DNA of 35,129 bases from Priapulus caudatus (Eukaryota): NCBI RefSeq assembly GCF_000485595.1, contig NW_014577065.1, positions 1,110,938 through 1,146,066 on the forward strand, read 5' to 3'. Positions 1 to 13,850 of this stretch are shown one piece after another. Made by a program: the position numbers and the translations under genes. The notes below the pieces were generated by a model. That model was not told the DNA's origin and made no database searches. It saw nothing but the letters and a program-made list of their open reading frames with translations. Every line of letters starts with the position of its first letter. Position 1 is the first letter of the stretch.

Positions 1-985
1 GTGATACATTTGCATATCTGATAGTGATACTGATAGTGATAGTAAAGCCGCGCTGCGCAGTCGCTCGTTGTTTAACAGAATGACGTGATTTCACTACTGA
101 TAAGCGCCGGCCGGTAAAAAGCGAAAGCCAACCCAATAACTGCGATCACGCTTGCCGATTAAATTAATCACACTGTACATCTATACTTTACGCAAAACTA
201 GCCCAGCGAAAGCGGGGCGGGGCAGGCCGGAGGTGGGTGCGACCAACGCGACGATGGTCTTGTCGAATCCGCGCCAAAATCGGGTCACGTTCCAGTGTTT
301 TAAAAATCTAGGCTAGTAGTGTTACACGCCGCGTCGCCGCGCAACAATGGTCAGGCAGCTATAGAGAGAGCGCGGGGAACCGACAAGCACTTTCTCTCCA
401 AGCGAGCGGCGCGACTGTATGTATCGCCAGGCATCTCCGACACGTTTGACCTATCTGTTTCCGCGAACGCACACACGCGCGCGCACGCACGCACGTACGC
501 ACGCACACGCATGCACGCACTCGCGAAGTAGGCCTGACATTTTACGCAACGCTGGCTCGCTCAGCGGCCGGGCAGCGATGGCCGGGACTGTGCACAACAC
601 GCAGTACTGTAGCCGGAGCGTTCAGCGTCGGGCCACATTAAAATATTTTCTGGTTGTTTGCACGCCCATTGTACAAGCCGATCTTGACTTTTATGATTGC
701 GCGCATATTTCCCAGCTGCAGTGCGCAGAGTACAAGCAGATATGGGCAAGCGAGTGGGTGTGTGGTGATAGTAGGCGAGGAGGAGGGAGAGGGGGGCGGA
801 ATTTTAAAATGACGGCATAGCCGCGTTTTCGCATACGATGATGTGGTAAATATTTCCACAATGCGAATCTGTGAGAATTTCCGAGTAGTTGCCTCCCTAG
901 GCTATACAGACAGAAGTGTCTTCAAACGCGGAGCACCAATTGTGTGTGTCGGAGGAACATGGAAATAATATAATAATATGATTTC

Positions 986-1064
986 GATATATATATATAT
1001 ATATCAATATCAATATATATTTATATATATATATATATGTATATATATATAATATATATATATA
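986..1064. repeat. (TA)n microsatellite
   Basis: Directly visible, imperfect. Confidence 0.9.
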
Positions 1065-1470
1065 ATCCGGTATAATGCTTCAACGTAACTATATTCCTGA
1101 TTTGCGGGGAAAGCAGACTGCTAAGTAAATATATGTTTGAATTTTAAAATGTTCGATCGCGCGCGAAATATCGGCAGGCAGACTATGGAACCACGGGTCG
1201 GCATTCATAGCGGATCTAGTCGTGACGAGGGACATTATAATAATAGCGCAGCATTATTTTCCTATGAGTAAGTGTCGCGATCATTGTAGGCACGCATGTG
1301 CGCAAATTAATGAGTTTTCTATCGCGACGGCGGCCCCGCCGTTATTTTACATCACGCATGCATTAAGGCGACGGCGCTGCAGCGCGAGCCGCATGTATAT
1401 ATAAGCGCAGCGACCAACCAATTCCCAATGCTAGCCTAGGCAGCGATGCGCGCAGGCCGCCACTCTGTCC

Positions 1471-1471
1471 G

Positions 1472-1503
<32 letters not shown>

Positions 1504-1723
1504 TACGCGCGGTACGTGCGTGCGTATGTGTGGCATGCTGCGTGTGCCTGCGCGCGCGTGCTTTGCGTGTTAGCGGATGGGTGTGCGTGTGCGTGTGCGT
1601 GTGCGTGCGTGTGTGTGCGTGCGTGCGTGCGTGGGCATGTACGCGTGCGCGTATGCGCCGGTGATTGAGCGTGTGCGTGTGTGCGTATGTTGCGTGCGCG
1701 TGCGTGCGTATGTGCGCGTGTGT
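1471..1723. repeat. Compound (GTGC)n/(GT)n microsatellite
   Basis: Directly visible. Confidence 0.9.
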
Positions 1724-2072
1724 GGTACGGGGGCCTCGCTAGAACTAACAGGAATTGTCCCATATATACTTACATTCACGCAAAATAATTATCGCGAATC
1801 AATAATTAAAAGTCGGAAGTCAGCGATAGTCAGGAGGGTTATATACGTTTAGGGAGTGTCAGCGAACAAACGCGCACGCACATGTAACTCACGAGCGCTC
1901 TCACGCACGCATGCACGCACGCACACGCACACTCACGCGCGCGCACGCGATACTACGCAAAGCTGCTAATAATGTTGTGAAAATTAATATTTATATTGCC
2001 TTATCCTTGGTTTCTGTCAATTGGTTTAAAAAGCAGTGTTTAATCTCCTATATATATATAATATAAGTATAA

Positions 2073-2109
<37 letters not shown>

Positions 2110-4215
2110 CCAGTTCAAGGTTGATGCTTTACGGATTTAAAAATGGTACTAGATGCGAGTGTAAAATTTTAGTCAGACAGCCCCACGGTAGCCCTAATGG
2201 GTTTATTCATACTTGCCACGATTATATACTTGCTGTTCTTTTTTCGTTGCATGCATGCACCCAGTGATTCTTCAGTCACTCAGTATATCACATTGCCACA
2301 TGTGTTACACGATAGGTATATTGCAATTACTGCATCACACTATCTATTAGGTTACATGGTGCTGTCGTTGTGCATGCATTTGTTGATACGTACTGCTAGA
2401 CCCTAGTCTTTCAAAGCCTATGACCGTGAAAGGGGTAACGGTATGTAAGATTTCTGAACCTAGCGGTATTTATGCGGTATATTGCTCGGAGGCAAAGTCA
2501 CTTGGTAGTAGCTCATGTTTAATGCATATATTTAATCAGGATAATACATCTGGTAATTGTGTTCATAATAAATATTGTGTTATTATTTCCACGCTATGGC
2601 GCAGTAGCGTAGACATAATAATTATGCATAAAACTATAAGCGAAACAAATGAATATGTAGTAAATAGATAAAGGTAGTACGCACGCACGCAAGCACGCAC
2701 GCAGGCACGCACGCACACATACATACGCACACGTATATTATTTTAAAGCGCATAATAATATATAAGTAGTAAATTACAGGATAAACGCGCTGGTTTAATT
2801 ATGGCGAATTTTAAAGAATTATCACAATGTTTGTTTTTATAATAGCTGGATGAAAGTGTTGTGTCAGTTCACCTCAGCATATCGCTTATATATTTAAAAT
2901 TAGGACAATATAAATGCTATTCAAATATTTCCTGAACAGGATTACGCATATTTATCTAGTTATTTGATGAGTTAAATTGAGTTTCATCGTAGTGTATTAT
3001 TATTAAAATGAGCCTATACTAGGAAATGTTGCCGAAATAACACCACACATCAATGGCAAAAGTGAAAGGCCACCCGCTTTCAATTACAAGTAGATTTTGC
3101 AATTAGCTTCGCTTACACGAAAATTATACGCCGTATAAATTAAAAGCTTCTCCACTCTGCATATATAAAAGTACGGAATATATACAATACGCACACGAGA
3201 AAATGGGGGTAGACCACTAGACACTATTAGCCACGGATATTTCGCTACTAACAAATTTCTTTGGTGATTCAAACATGTTCCTTTTGCATAATTTCCCTTT
3301 GCCGATCATGATGCATAGATACTGGCAGCGCAGTATAGTATCGGTGTATTCGTTTCCTGACGTTTGCCTCCAGAGTTCACGCATAAAACTTTTGTATCGC
3401 AGGGTGGGTAAGTTGGATTCGCAAAGGCTTTTATCAAAGAAAATATGTACACTCCCTCCACCAACAAAGCACAGCACGTAGATATAGGGCTAGACTGCAA
3501 AAGTCATGCTGAACCTCAATGGCAGAATAATAATAATATAATGACAAATCGTAAAGCTAGATCCGCTTTTATTTGAAGTGTGCGCCAGTGAACGCGCAGG
3601 CGCGCAGTAACATATATACATGAACGCGCGCATGTACGCACGCGCACGCACGCACACACACACACACACACACACGCACACACACACACACACATTCGGC
3701 GTGTTCTTCCATTAGTTTCAACTGTAATTCTTGTGGGTGTTATGTTCCCCTGGCAAATATTGTCTTACAATATTTCACAACATGGTTTGTTCTTTTTGCG
3801 AATTTGCTCTGTAATTCACGCCAATATGATACACCCATCTGGCAACCTTGGTAATAAGTTCCTCTTAAAATTTAAATGTTGTCTTCTAAAATGTTCTTCT
3901 CGGTAAATATAGTTACTTAATCTTTCCGCTGTTCCATGTCATCGCTGCTTGTATAATTTCTTATTTATACTACGTAATCTATTCCATTCGTGCTGCTATT
4001 CTTGCTATCATTATTGTTATTTATTATATTATTTATATCGCTTACTATTTTATTATTATTACCACGCATACCTCCCCGCTGTTCAGTACCGTTATTACCC
4101 GATATATTACATCAATATTCAGCGCATCGCGTCACGCGTTATTTTTGACCGCGATTCGCGATGGCGGGAACGTGTAGCCATTATGTCGTTACTCCTGGTC
4201 CTGGTTTTCTTTCAG

Positions 4216-4737
4216 CGGTGCAGCGTGGCCGCGTGCCGCCGACACAACCGTTCCCAGGGATGGCGCTCACCAACGGCGAGCTGCTGAACGGCCACACGTA
4301 CCTGTCCAGCTACATCTCGCTACTGCTGCGCGCCGAGCCCTACCCGACATCGCGCTACGGACAGTGCATGCAGCCAAACGGCATCATGGGCATCGACAAC
4401 ATCTGTGAACTAGCCGCGCGGCTGCTGTTCAGCGCCGTCGAGTGGGCGCGCAACATACCGTTTTTCCCGGACCTGCAGATCACCGACCAGGTGGCGCTGC
4501 TTCGGCTCGTCTGGAGCGAGCTGTTCGTACTGAACGCGTCGCAGTGCTCGATGCCGCTGCACGTGGCGCCGCTGCTCGCCGCCGCCGGCCTGCACACGTC
4601 GCCGATGGCCGCCGACCGCGTCGTCGCCTTCATGGACCACATCCGCATATTCCAGGAGCAGGTCGAGAAGCTGAAGTCGCTGCACGTCGACTCGGCCGAG
4701 TACAGCTGCCTCAAGGCGGTCGTTCTCTTCACAACAG
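4216..4737 (+). CDS. COUP-TF: COUP-TF / seven-up (NR2F) nuclear receptor, internal coding exon (hinge + N-terminal part of ligand-binding domain)
   Basis: Translation (A)[11 protein letters not shown]...[21 protein letters not shown]...[70 protein letters not shown]...[21 protein letters not shown]...[15 protein letters not shown] is characteristic NR2F sequence. Acceptor ttttctttcAG (AG at 4214-4215), donor G|GTAGGT (GT at 4738-4739). 522 nt, phase 1 at both ends, strong GC3 codon bias. Confidence 0.97.
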
Positions 4738-5926
4738 GTAGGTGGCCGCTGCCCCCGCACTCACGAACGAGACGCTTCGTTAGACTGCCCCGAAGCGTCC
4801 CTGGTCCTTAAGGTTGTTTTCAAGGACTTGCTGTCTGTCTAAGACCTTCCTTTAGCGTTGCTCCCGCTGAGTTCTGTAGCCTCTTGTCGGTTTGTACTTG
4901 TGAGCGGGTGATAACGACAAGTTAGGAGTTGATGTCGAGATGGATAAATTTGATAATGACGAATTACTTTGTTGCTGGTTGTGGTGGTGGTGGTGGTGGT
5001 GTGTGTGGGGGGGGGGAGAGAAATCCACGAATGGCAAGGACAACAGACACAAGACACGAGCATTTTTAGCAGCAACGTCAAGCATACGTTGTGTCCAGAT
5101 ACGTTTACGCCTGATCCAGCCGAGTAGACGTTACGGCGTATTCTTTCCCCCATTCCCCCTCATCACATGCTCTTCGTTTACGCGTAACGCAATAGCGATC
5201 GAGTGATACTCATCCGTCAGTATTCCTCACGCTTGCGCGCGCCACGCCGCGATTTCTAGTTTCGCTCAGTTGGAGGAAAATTCGACGGGATTTAGCAGCT
5301 GACAGCCGAGCTGCTTTAATTCCTCGCGGCGACGGCGCGAAAAGCTGTCCTGTTATCTGTCGAGCCCGGGTCCTCGCCTCGTTCACGCTTAGACGGCCTC
5401 CTTAACTTGTCGATAATCAACGAATCTCACTCGTGGCCTCCACCACGGACACCGGTAGTGTCAGTCTATTGTCCTCGCATAGTTTTAATGCGAGTCCAGC
5501 TTTTATCGCATGTTATTTTTCTTCCGCCATTCGTTCCTCTTCGATGTCCGCGGCGTGAACTAAATTGATTATCCGGCCTAGAAGAAGGATCCGTGCTAAC
5601 TTAATCCCGAGACGCTGCTCACGCGCTGTGAGCAGACGAGATTTCTGTATAAATAACGCGGGAAATTGACGTTTTGAGCGCATTTCTATATTCATGCGAT
5701 ATCAAAATTGAATAGGCGTGGGTGGAATGTGTAGAAATGTTATTGCCCTTGGAAATCTTGAGCCCTCGAGCATCGATTGAGAGAGAGGAGGCTGACTACC
5801 AGCGTACGGGAATGATGGGAGAGACGAGCTTGTGATCATCTCTGCTGCTACTACCGACCAGCTTCTCATTGCCTCGTCATCTCCCTCTATCTCTCTCCCC
5901 CTACATATACCCAGCTCGCCCCTCTT

Positions 5927-5977
<51 letters not shown>

Positions 5978-6261
5978 CCCCTGATCTCTCTTTTTCTCTT
6001 TCGCTATCCCCCTCTTACTGCTTATATACGTACAGGCCTGCGGGCCGTTTACACCAATACCTCGCACAGGGCACAGGTCGTGATCCAATCTATCAGATCT
6101 GTTGGTGCGTGACCGTGCGTCTATAATGTCAAAGCAGAGAAAATCTGATAGCTTCACTCAGTCTGGCTTACCTTCTTCGTACGTGTGCGTACTCCCCCTC
6201 CCCAGACACACACCTCTCGGTCCATCTATCTCTCACCACACTTCTCTTATTCCTCACCATC

Positions 6262-6433
6262 TCTCTCTCTATAATATATATATATATATATATATATACA
6301 CCATATATATACACCATATATATACATCAAGAGTGACATATAACATCTCTATAATATGTACTCTTTATATACATACATACTTACACACACGCACACGCAC
6401 ACGCACACGCACACGCACACACGCACACGCACG

Positions 6434-6512
<79 letters not shown>
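6262..6512. repeat. Compound (CT)/(TA)/(CACACG)/(CA)n microsatellite
   Basis: Directly visible. Confidence 0.9.
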
Positions 6513-6513
<1 letters not shown>

Positions 6514-8613
6514 CGATTCGCTCATTACGTCCGCCATTCTACTGCACTCGCAAACTCCGCCCACAGAATCAAGACGCTGCACTCGACTTGCGAACAACTA
6601 CAAGCAGCGCGTTGATGCGCAGGTTGGCGTCCATGCGGCCTGTCAATCACTGCGGCCACCGACTGTTTATTGTCGGATCGGTGGCAAAGTCGTGCGTAGA
6701 AGCTGTTGAGCCGGCTCCTCATGTGTTCCCCTGCACTTCTACCCACACCGCAAAACTCGACTATTGAGAATGATGTCTCGCTGGAAACCTATTTATGGAA
6801 CCAGAGGCATCGCGGTACGTGCGCAGTGCTGCTGTAGGAAATTAATGGGTGACGCTTTCACGTATGTTATATTCAATATATATTTATATATATATATCAA
6901 TAATACACACGCGGCCGAACGAGATCCCGGTATGTACTGTACCAGCGCGTAGTACTACGCCGTCGTACTATTTTCGCATCGCACCGAATGCTGGCGTGTG
7001 TGTTTTGTCAGCTGGCACGCCTGAAGAAAAAAGTGTTGAATGGTTAGCAAAGTGGAGCTGAAATAGCCAGCAGGCCGCGCGGGGCCGAGGTGGGCCGGAG
7101 CTTAGCATGCATTAGCATCGGTTTCCTAATGACATGCATCCAGACACGAATACGGCTCCCGTAGTTAAACGCGCGCAAAAAACATCATCTGTGCGGTCCG
7201 ATGCTACCAGAGAGGACAGCGTGTTTGCGTTGGGCACTACGCCGAATCGTCAGTAACCGCTAGAGAAACACTATTACACGAATGCCGACGGTGTCTAGCA
7301 TACGCCACCACCCACATCTCCGCTGTGCCACCACACGGTGTGGATCATAGAGAGGCGTCAAGATAACACTGGCCTAATCCCACGTAGTCAACCCAGCCGA
7401 GTGACGAGTTGAGAAAGGTATCGCCGCCATCATCGGCAAGATTAAACCACGAGGGGTGAAGACTTTGCTGGGGGTGTGAGGAGATGGTGCTGTGTTCATG
7501 TCTTAGACTTAGATATGAAGAGTGACGAGTGGGAGGGGATAACAGACGGGCCTCGGTCTTAGCTATTGAGCCCCCCTTGAGTGAGAAGTTAGAGTGAAAG
7601 GTTAGCGCTGTCTCCATGTCTCAGAGTAAACGATCACCCACATACGAACCTGGTGAATGTGACACAGTCGCAATCGCTTGGATTTAATGTTGATGACTGA
7701 TGGCCTAGATGAAGGCAACCCTACCGTAATCAGATTAGGCATCGATCGCAGAGTGAAGAACTAAGTAAAATAACACGTGTATTCATCCTATAGATGATGA
7801 TATCCTGTCGAGTGATGGGTTAGTTAAGCTAAAAACATCTTTCATCGCTATGTTGTGAAGACGAGGAATAAAAACTACAAGCCGGACTCAACCCTCCCGC
7901 CACATGTGTGCTAACTACCAGTGTACTTTCAACAAGCGTAGCACATAAGGAGATCCACACGACGGTTTATAGGAATACAATGAGTGATTTTTGCTAGGTT
8001 TCTTGGAATAACCGCCTATATGATGTAATCGTAATTCGCATCCTGTTTCTCAACCTCACGGCCAGAGCTAAGGCCAGCGAATAAGTATGCGTAATGAAAT
8101 TCTAGAACGATTATTTCTGGCATTTATTAAATTGTTCTCAACAGTGATTACCCAGCAGAGTAGCCAGTTACCATGATTGGAAAACCAGAAAATTTCCCGA
8201 ATATTTACGTTAGAATTCATGCGAAAAAATCCATTCGTGCGAGTTGTACGAGCAGTGATTTGCCACGGGAGTTATACAGTCTCTATAGATGAACTATTCT
8301 GTTAAGGGATATGATCAAGTATGATCACTGGTCTAGTCGTTATGTGAAGGTTATTAACCGTATACTCGGAGTTCTCTGTCTAACAGCTCTAGTCTAAGCT
8401 GTATTTTATTTGGAAATAAAATAAAATTACAAACGTCTAATGCCGGAAAGGATTATAGTCAGTTATGATGACACCATTCAACATACACGAACTCCACGTA
8501 GTGGATTCAGTAGTGATACACGTGGTATGCACCAATTAAACGTACGTAAGAGAACATAAACTATTAGTTTGCACTAGAGTTACAGTTTACAGTTACACGA
8601 CACTACACATTAT

Positions 8614-8698
8614 CAGAATTGAATAATAATAGATCTATATTTATTCTATAATATAGATCTATTTAGCTATAATAAAGATATATTATTATTCACTCCTG
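8614..8698. mobile_element. 85-bp micro-MITE, related TIR family
   Basis: CAGAATTGAATAATAATA / TATTATTATTCACTCCTG (16/18 complementary). Flanks ACATTAT and ATATTAT match at 6/7. Confidence 0.6.
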
Positions 8699-8925
8699 AT
8701 ATTATGTTTTCTTGATGGCATCACGCGTGCCCAATACGCTAGCAAACGTATAGTGCGTATCTAATTCGGTTGTATGCGATCGATTTGTGCTAATCACTTG
8801 GCCGAAAAAAATAGCCTATGTCCCCTGTTGTCATTTCTAACACCCACATACGGTAGGTATCGATTGTCTACGGAATTAGATAAACGCGCATCGAATATGC
8901 ACATGCCGAGTGGATCTCATTTCCT

Positions 8926-8956
<31 letters not shown>

Positions 8957-9452
8957 CACGCACACACACCACACACACACGTAACGCACGCAGTGCTCGC
9001 GTATGCCGAACAACAGCGTCAGTGATACGCGCGCACACACCTGTGAACTCCATACGAACTCCGATGGCGACGACGCGGCGACGTCGCGGCGACCTATCAG
9101 AGCCACGTTGCCACGCGGACGTGAAACACTGTTGCATATACCGATAGCCGAGTTTTTCACTAGCTAGATTTACCCCTCCGCCGCTCCTTCTGCCCTGGCC
9201 AGATGTAAGATAAAACAAAGCGCAGGAGAAGCGCGCTGAGGCGTCGAGTGACGGCTGAGTTTTTGCGCGCGCTTTGCGTGCGCCACGTCGTCTGACGGTC
9301 GTCGCCTCGGCAAAACGTGTAGCCGTATTGAACGCCAACAGAGGCAACGATCGACGTTTCGAGGGGCAGGCAGGTAGCTAGTAGCTAGTAGCAGCTGCAC
9401 TGGCTCCAAAAACAACTCTCCTTGGCTCCACGCCGCTGAGTCTACATATTAG

Positions 9453-9530
9453 CAGGGGTTAATAATGACAATTATTCATTTGCAATTTACTCATTTACAC
9501 ATTTACAATTTTGGACATTATTAACTCCTG
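9453..9530. mobile_element. 78-bp micro-MITE (CAGGRGTTAATAATG TIR)
   Basis: 15-bp TIR with 1 mismatch. Exact 7-bp flanking direct repeat ATATTAG at 9446-9452 and 9531-9537. Confidence 0.75.
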
Positions 9531-10117
9531 ATATTAGATGAGACGTTAAACATTTTATTGAGGCATTTAGACGTGCTTTTTTCCAATTAACTACGACATA
9601 TTAGATAAGACTTGCGTTAGATTTGTATATTTGAGCCCACGGTCAACATCGCTGGCGTTGATGCTCCATAACTTACTGAATCAGTCTAGGTTGTAGCTGC
9701 TACTGGGGGCGGATTCGTCAAGAAGACAAGTTAGTTGTCTGACCCTGTTGCTGGCTTGTCTGCACGAGTCCGTCAGTGCTACACGGGGAGAAGCGATCAA
9801 CAGCAGGCAGACTATGAAGATGCAACGAGACCGAGCGCTAGACTAACTTGCTGTTATAATAGTGCAGCTATGTATTAGAATGGGACTACAGGTGTAGATT
9901 ATCACTACGTAATTCTGCGTGTCTTACTAAAGGGACTTTAGTATTTGCTCACGACGGCTGGCTATGTATGGTACACACGAGGGCCAGCGTAATTAATACG
10001 ACTCGACTCGGCACCCCACGTTCTTCATTCGCTAGGCTGACTCGAAAAGTTTCTTTGCCTTACGGCCCACGAGTGAATTTATTCTCAGCGACGAATGGAT
10101 CCGGTCTAGTTCATCTT

Positions 10118-10196
<79 letters not shown>

Positions 10197-10506
10197 CACA
10201 CACTACAGCACACACAGCCAGGCACCACGATCAGATGCGCAGACGCACAACCAGAACACAGCAAAATCAAATCAACCACACGTGTCTCTGTGAGTTGCCA
10301 CTATCAAAACAGCACACACACAACACACACACACACACACACCACACACCACATCGGCGCACAATACACACCACTCTACGCACGGGGTCACGCACTCACG
10401 ACGCAGCACATACGCACGCCGCGCACAGCACACACACACTACACACACATCACCACACACCACACACACACACAACACACAACATTTCACACACACACAC
10501 ACACAC
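10118..10506. repeat. (CA)n-rich low-complexity tract
   Basis: Perfect (CA)n followed by a degenerate CA-rich tract. Confidence 0.9.
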
Positions 10507-11375
10507 CTCATCTCACTCACCTCACTATATGCGCGTCGCAAAGTGTGCCACCCGCCGGCAATATTTGCTGTGGTAATGACTTTTCCGAAAAGAACAGGAG
10601 AAGGGAGACGGTTTAGAGTGTTGTTTTCTACGTGCGTCACCTTGGCACTAGTGCCTCCCCCATTCCCTCCGCGGTAATCCGTGGCAGCAGCGTCCGCATT
10701 AGCAGCATCGCTAGCGCCTTATTACCTCGATTATTCATCGCTGTTATTATTACAGCGCGATTACATTTCGTATTCGCGTTAGCCGGCGGAAATAAATACG
10801 CCTCTGTAGTTGGAGCCGTCGCCACGCCGGGTCGCTTCGCATCACACCGTCAGTGTTTAAATGGAGAGACATGCGAGTTTCGCCTGACGTAGTTGAGCTG
10901 CTGTGCACCGAGCGCGACAAAGCAGCAAATGGGCTTGCTGTCGATAAGGGGTGCACGTGTCTGTAGGTATATATATACGGACGTGCGCGCACGCACTAGG
11001 CAGGAGGGTGAGAGCTGTATGCTAGGTAGCTCTAGAACTATAGCCCTTAGCTTTGCCACGGGCCTGTTGCAAAGCGAAAGGGCTATAGTTCTAGAGCTGT
11101 GTGCTAGGAAGGAGCACTCGGGTCGAGAAACGGGGATAGCGGTAGCGCGACGCTTTATATTTCCATGTCACATCGCCTGTAACTTCGCCATGGTCGACGA
11201 GAATTATTATGTTGTAAGAGTGTCCGCGGTAAAATTTAGAGCGAGAAAGAGAGGATACCAGATAAAGCGATAAAGAAAGAAGAGGAGGGAGGAAGGGCGA
11301 GAAAATGAGGGGGGAAGACGGTCAGAGAATCGAAAGCAACGAGTAAGAAACAGAGAGCGAGGGAGAAAGAGAAAG

Positions 11376-11419
11376 AGAAGAAGAAGAAGAAGAAGAAGAA
11401 GAAGAAGAAGGATGATGAT

Positions 11420-11466
<47 letters not shown>

Positions 11467-11487
11467 TGATGGCGATGATGATGATGA
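11376..11487. repeat. (AAG)n followed by (GAT)n/(GATGAC)n
   Basis: Directly visible. Confidence 0.92.
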
Positions 11488-13124
11488 ACAAAAAGAAGAA
11501 TTAGTGTTTGTGTGTGTGTGTGCGACGGGGAGCGTAAATGGGAGAAGAACAATTAGCCAGGCGCGCGTGTATTCGAGGCAAAGACTATGCTCAAAGTCAA
11601 ATTACTACTACTATACAATTAAATAACTGGTCCAGTTCTCTCTGACGGCTCCATTCTGCCGTGGGCATTAGTGATAGGTATGAAGGTATAAAGACAGCTC
11701 AGGGGCGTAGATTATTATGCAGCGTGCATGAACGGTGAGCAATCAGGTATAAACCCTATAGAGATTGTAGATTAAATTCACGCGTCACACGTGACCTATA
11801 AACCTCGGCGTTAATGAACGTGTGAGAAATTTCCATGAAGGAATTAAATACCGGATTTTTATCCGAGTCCTGATAGCAGAATAATGTAGCAGGTCCCAAC
11901 GATATTTTTGGAAACATGAAAAAGTGAGATAGAGAGAGAGTGGGGGGGGGGGAGAGAGAGAGAGAGAGGATAGAGAGCGAGGGGGATGAGATATAGCAAA
12001 AGGGTACAAGAGAGAAGGAGAATTAAACAGAGGAAGAGACATAGAGGCGAAAGTGTGTATAAGTTACGGTGCGTTAGTGTGCTTAACCCCCAGCAGTGCG
12101 AAACAGGCGAATTCATTTATAATTATTAGCCAAAACAGTGAAAGCGTGAACTGTCGCTTTCGTTCAGAAATACATGTTTGCGTTGATGTGCATCCGAAGC
12201 ATTGTTGCATCCTAGCGTACACACGTAGTCGGTGGGCCGTTTGTCATTTTTCTGCTGGCACAGTTCAGTGAATAGCAACAACATAATTTGTTAGCCCATA
12301 TATTCCGTAAAGTGAAAACTACAGAACGCTGACCCACATTGAGTTCATGTACCTCTGTAGACTGTCCCTATGAATTCGTTCTGCTCTCGCTCGGTACACT
12401 GCACCTTTAACACCAAATGACTACGTGCGCACGTAGGTAAGCCGAATGAATATAATTTTCACACAAATTTCCACGTTTCCCATTGTACGCCTTGCGTATG
12501 CGGGAAACACTTGCGCGAAATGCAATGCAGGTTATCTCCGAACGGAACACACCCTAAACACTCCCAAGCGCAAAATTGGCGGAGAGGGGGTGCGAAAACG
12601 AGCGGCAGATTTCGCGCCAGTCTAGCGTATGCGCGGAGGCGTATGTAGCCTCGTAACCTGGTGACTTACTCTGCCGACGAGCCATTTGCTCTCCTTTGAT
12701 TACGTAAACGCAGCCCGGTAGATATACTTTCTCTGTGTTTCTAGGTTAACGGCTGTTTGACAATCGCCACTGTTAGGCAGAACGGGTTCATCTTCTTCCA
12801 CGTCCCAAAAAAGTTTCTATGGGCCCATAGATTCCCGCTAACGAGTGCCCCTCTCTCTCTCGTGATGGTGCCTTTAGGGTTGTTAGCAGATACCAGCTAA
12901 TGATGATAAGTAGGATGGGAAATTCATACCTGTCTTACTTGCTAATCTAGTAAGACAAGTATTGGGAGATTTAAGAAGCCTACTTTTCGTGGGTCAGTGG
13001 CGTCAATGGCCACGCGAAATCTATATATTAGGGTCGTTGGAAAGACACCACAATTCTAACCACTCGCTTGCATTCTCGCTTCCGCCCCTCTTCTCTCTGT
13101 CTCTCCCTCTCCCTCTCCATCTCG

Positions 13125-13157
<33 letters not shown>

Positions 13158-13850
13158 ACGCATCCGCTATCTCTCCTTCCTCTGACGTTCCTTCGCGCGC
13201 GCCCCTTCTTTTCCTACATCTACCTGTCCACCTTTCGTTCTTTATCTGCCCCGTGCTCACGTTTTGATGGGTGGGACTTGCTCCCATTGTTCCCCGTCTC
13301 TCATGCTCACTATCCCCTCTCCCTCTTTCCTCCTCCATTTTTCTCCTTTTCTCGCTCGCTTTCTATCTCCCTTTATTTCTCTCCCAGCACGTCTATAAAT
13401 CAGGGATGCGAGCCTGCCGGGCACCACTATGTCAATCATCGGGCGGCACTGCCAGGCCGGTGTCGGCTGCGGCGAAAAAACATCGCACAAGAAACGCGTG
13501 ATGTGTTCATTTGATTGGCTTTGCTCTGTTGCCGATCGCTCGTTGAATTTTTGGCCCGTAGGCATCTCGTTGCCGACATCGCCCAACTGCTGGTCTACAT
13601 CGGCGTTGTCGCGAATAGCCGCCGCTGAGCGATTCGTCGTGACGCAACAGTAAATCCGCCCGAGTCAAAAACGCGGCCATGAATGCGAAAGCGATTCTCC
13701 GTGCGGCCGCGCCCTATCATCAACTGTCGATCGGTCGGATTTCTGGCTTCCTTAAAATTCCTCCACTCGCATAAAATTTTAAATTTTGAAATTAACGGTT
13801 AAGTGGCAGAAGTACATACTAAACAATCCAAAAGTAAAGAAACAAAGTAT

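Larger units (their letters stand above)
1..4215 (+). other. 3' part of the intron preceding the hinge exon (DBD exon lies upstream of the window)
   Basis: No C4 zinc-finger coding sequence in the ORF track. The exon at 4216 starts at the conserved NR2F position just after the DBD (..RRE A|VQRGR). Confidence 0.8.

Noticed and set aside
429..443. Exact 15-mer AGGCATCTCCGACAC repeated at 18883-18897
   Set aside because: About one 15-mer match is expected by chance in 35 kb, and the flanks do not align.
4161..4215. ATG-initiated N-terminus [18 protein letters not shown] of the 216-aa ORF
   Set aside because: Lies upstream of a clear acceptor and includes the polypyrimidine tract, so it is intronic. 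A DBD-less start cannot be supported from sequence.
4355..4760. Antisense and alternate-frame ORFs over the first exon (also 20964-21552 over the last exon)
   Set aside because: Expected shadow ORFs of GC3-rich coding sequence; no independent features.
6102..6767. Long HT/CV/RE-repeat ORFs here and at 9968, 15987, 25871, 32518 and elsewhere
   Set aside because: Microsatellite translations, not genes.
7346..7618. Possible CATAGAGA...TCTCCATG TIR element
   Set aside because: Short imperfect TIR and no TSD.
13401..13752. Possible MITE, CAGGGATGCGAG ... CTGGCTTCCT
   Set aside because: Ends too degenerate and no matching TSD.
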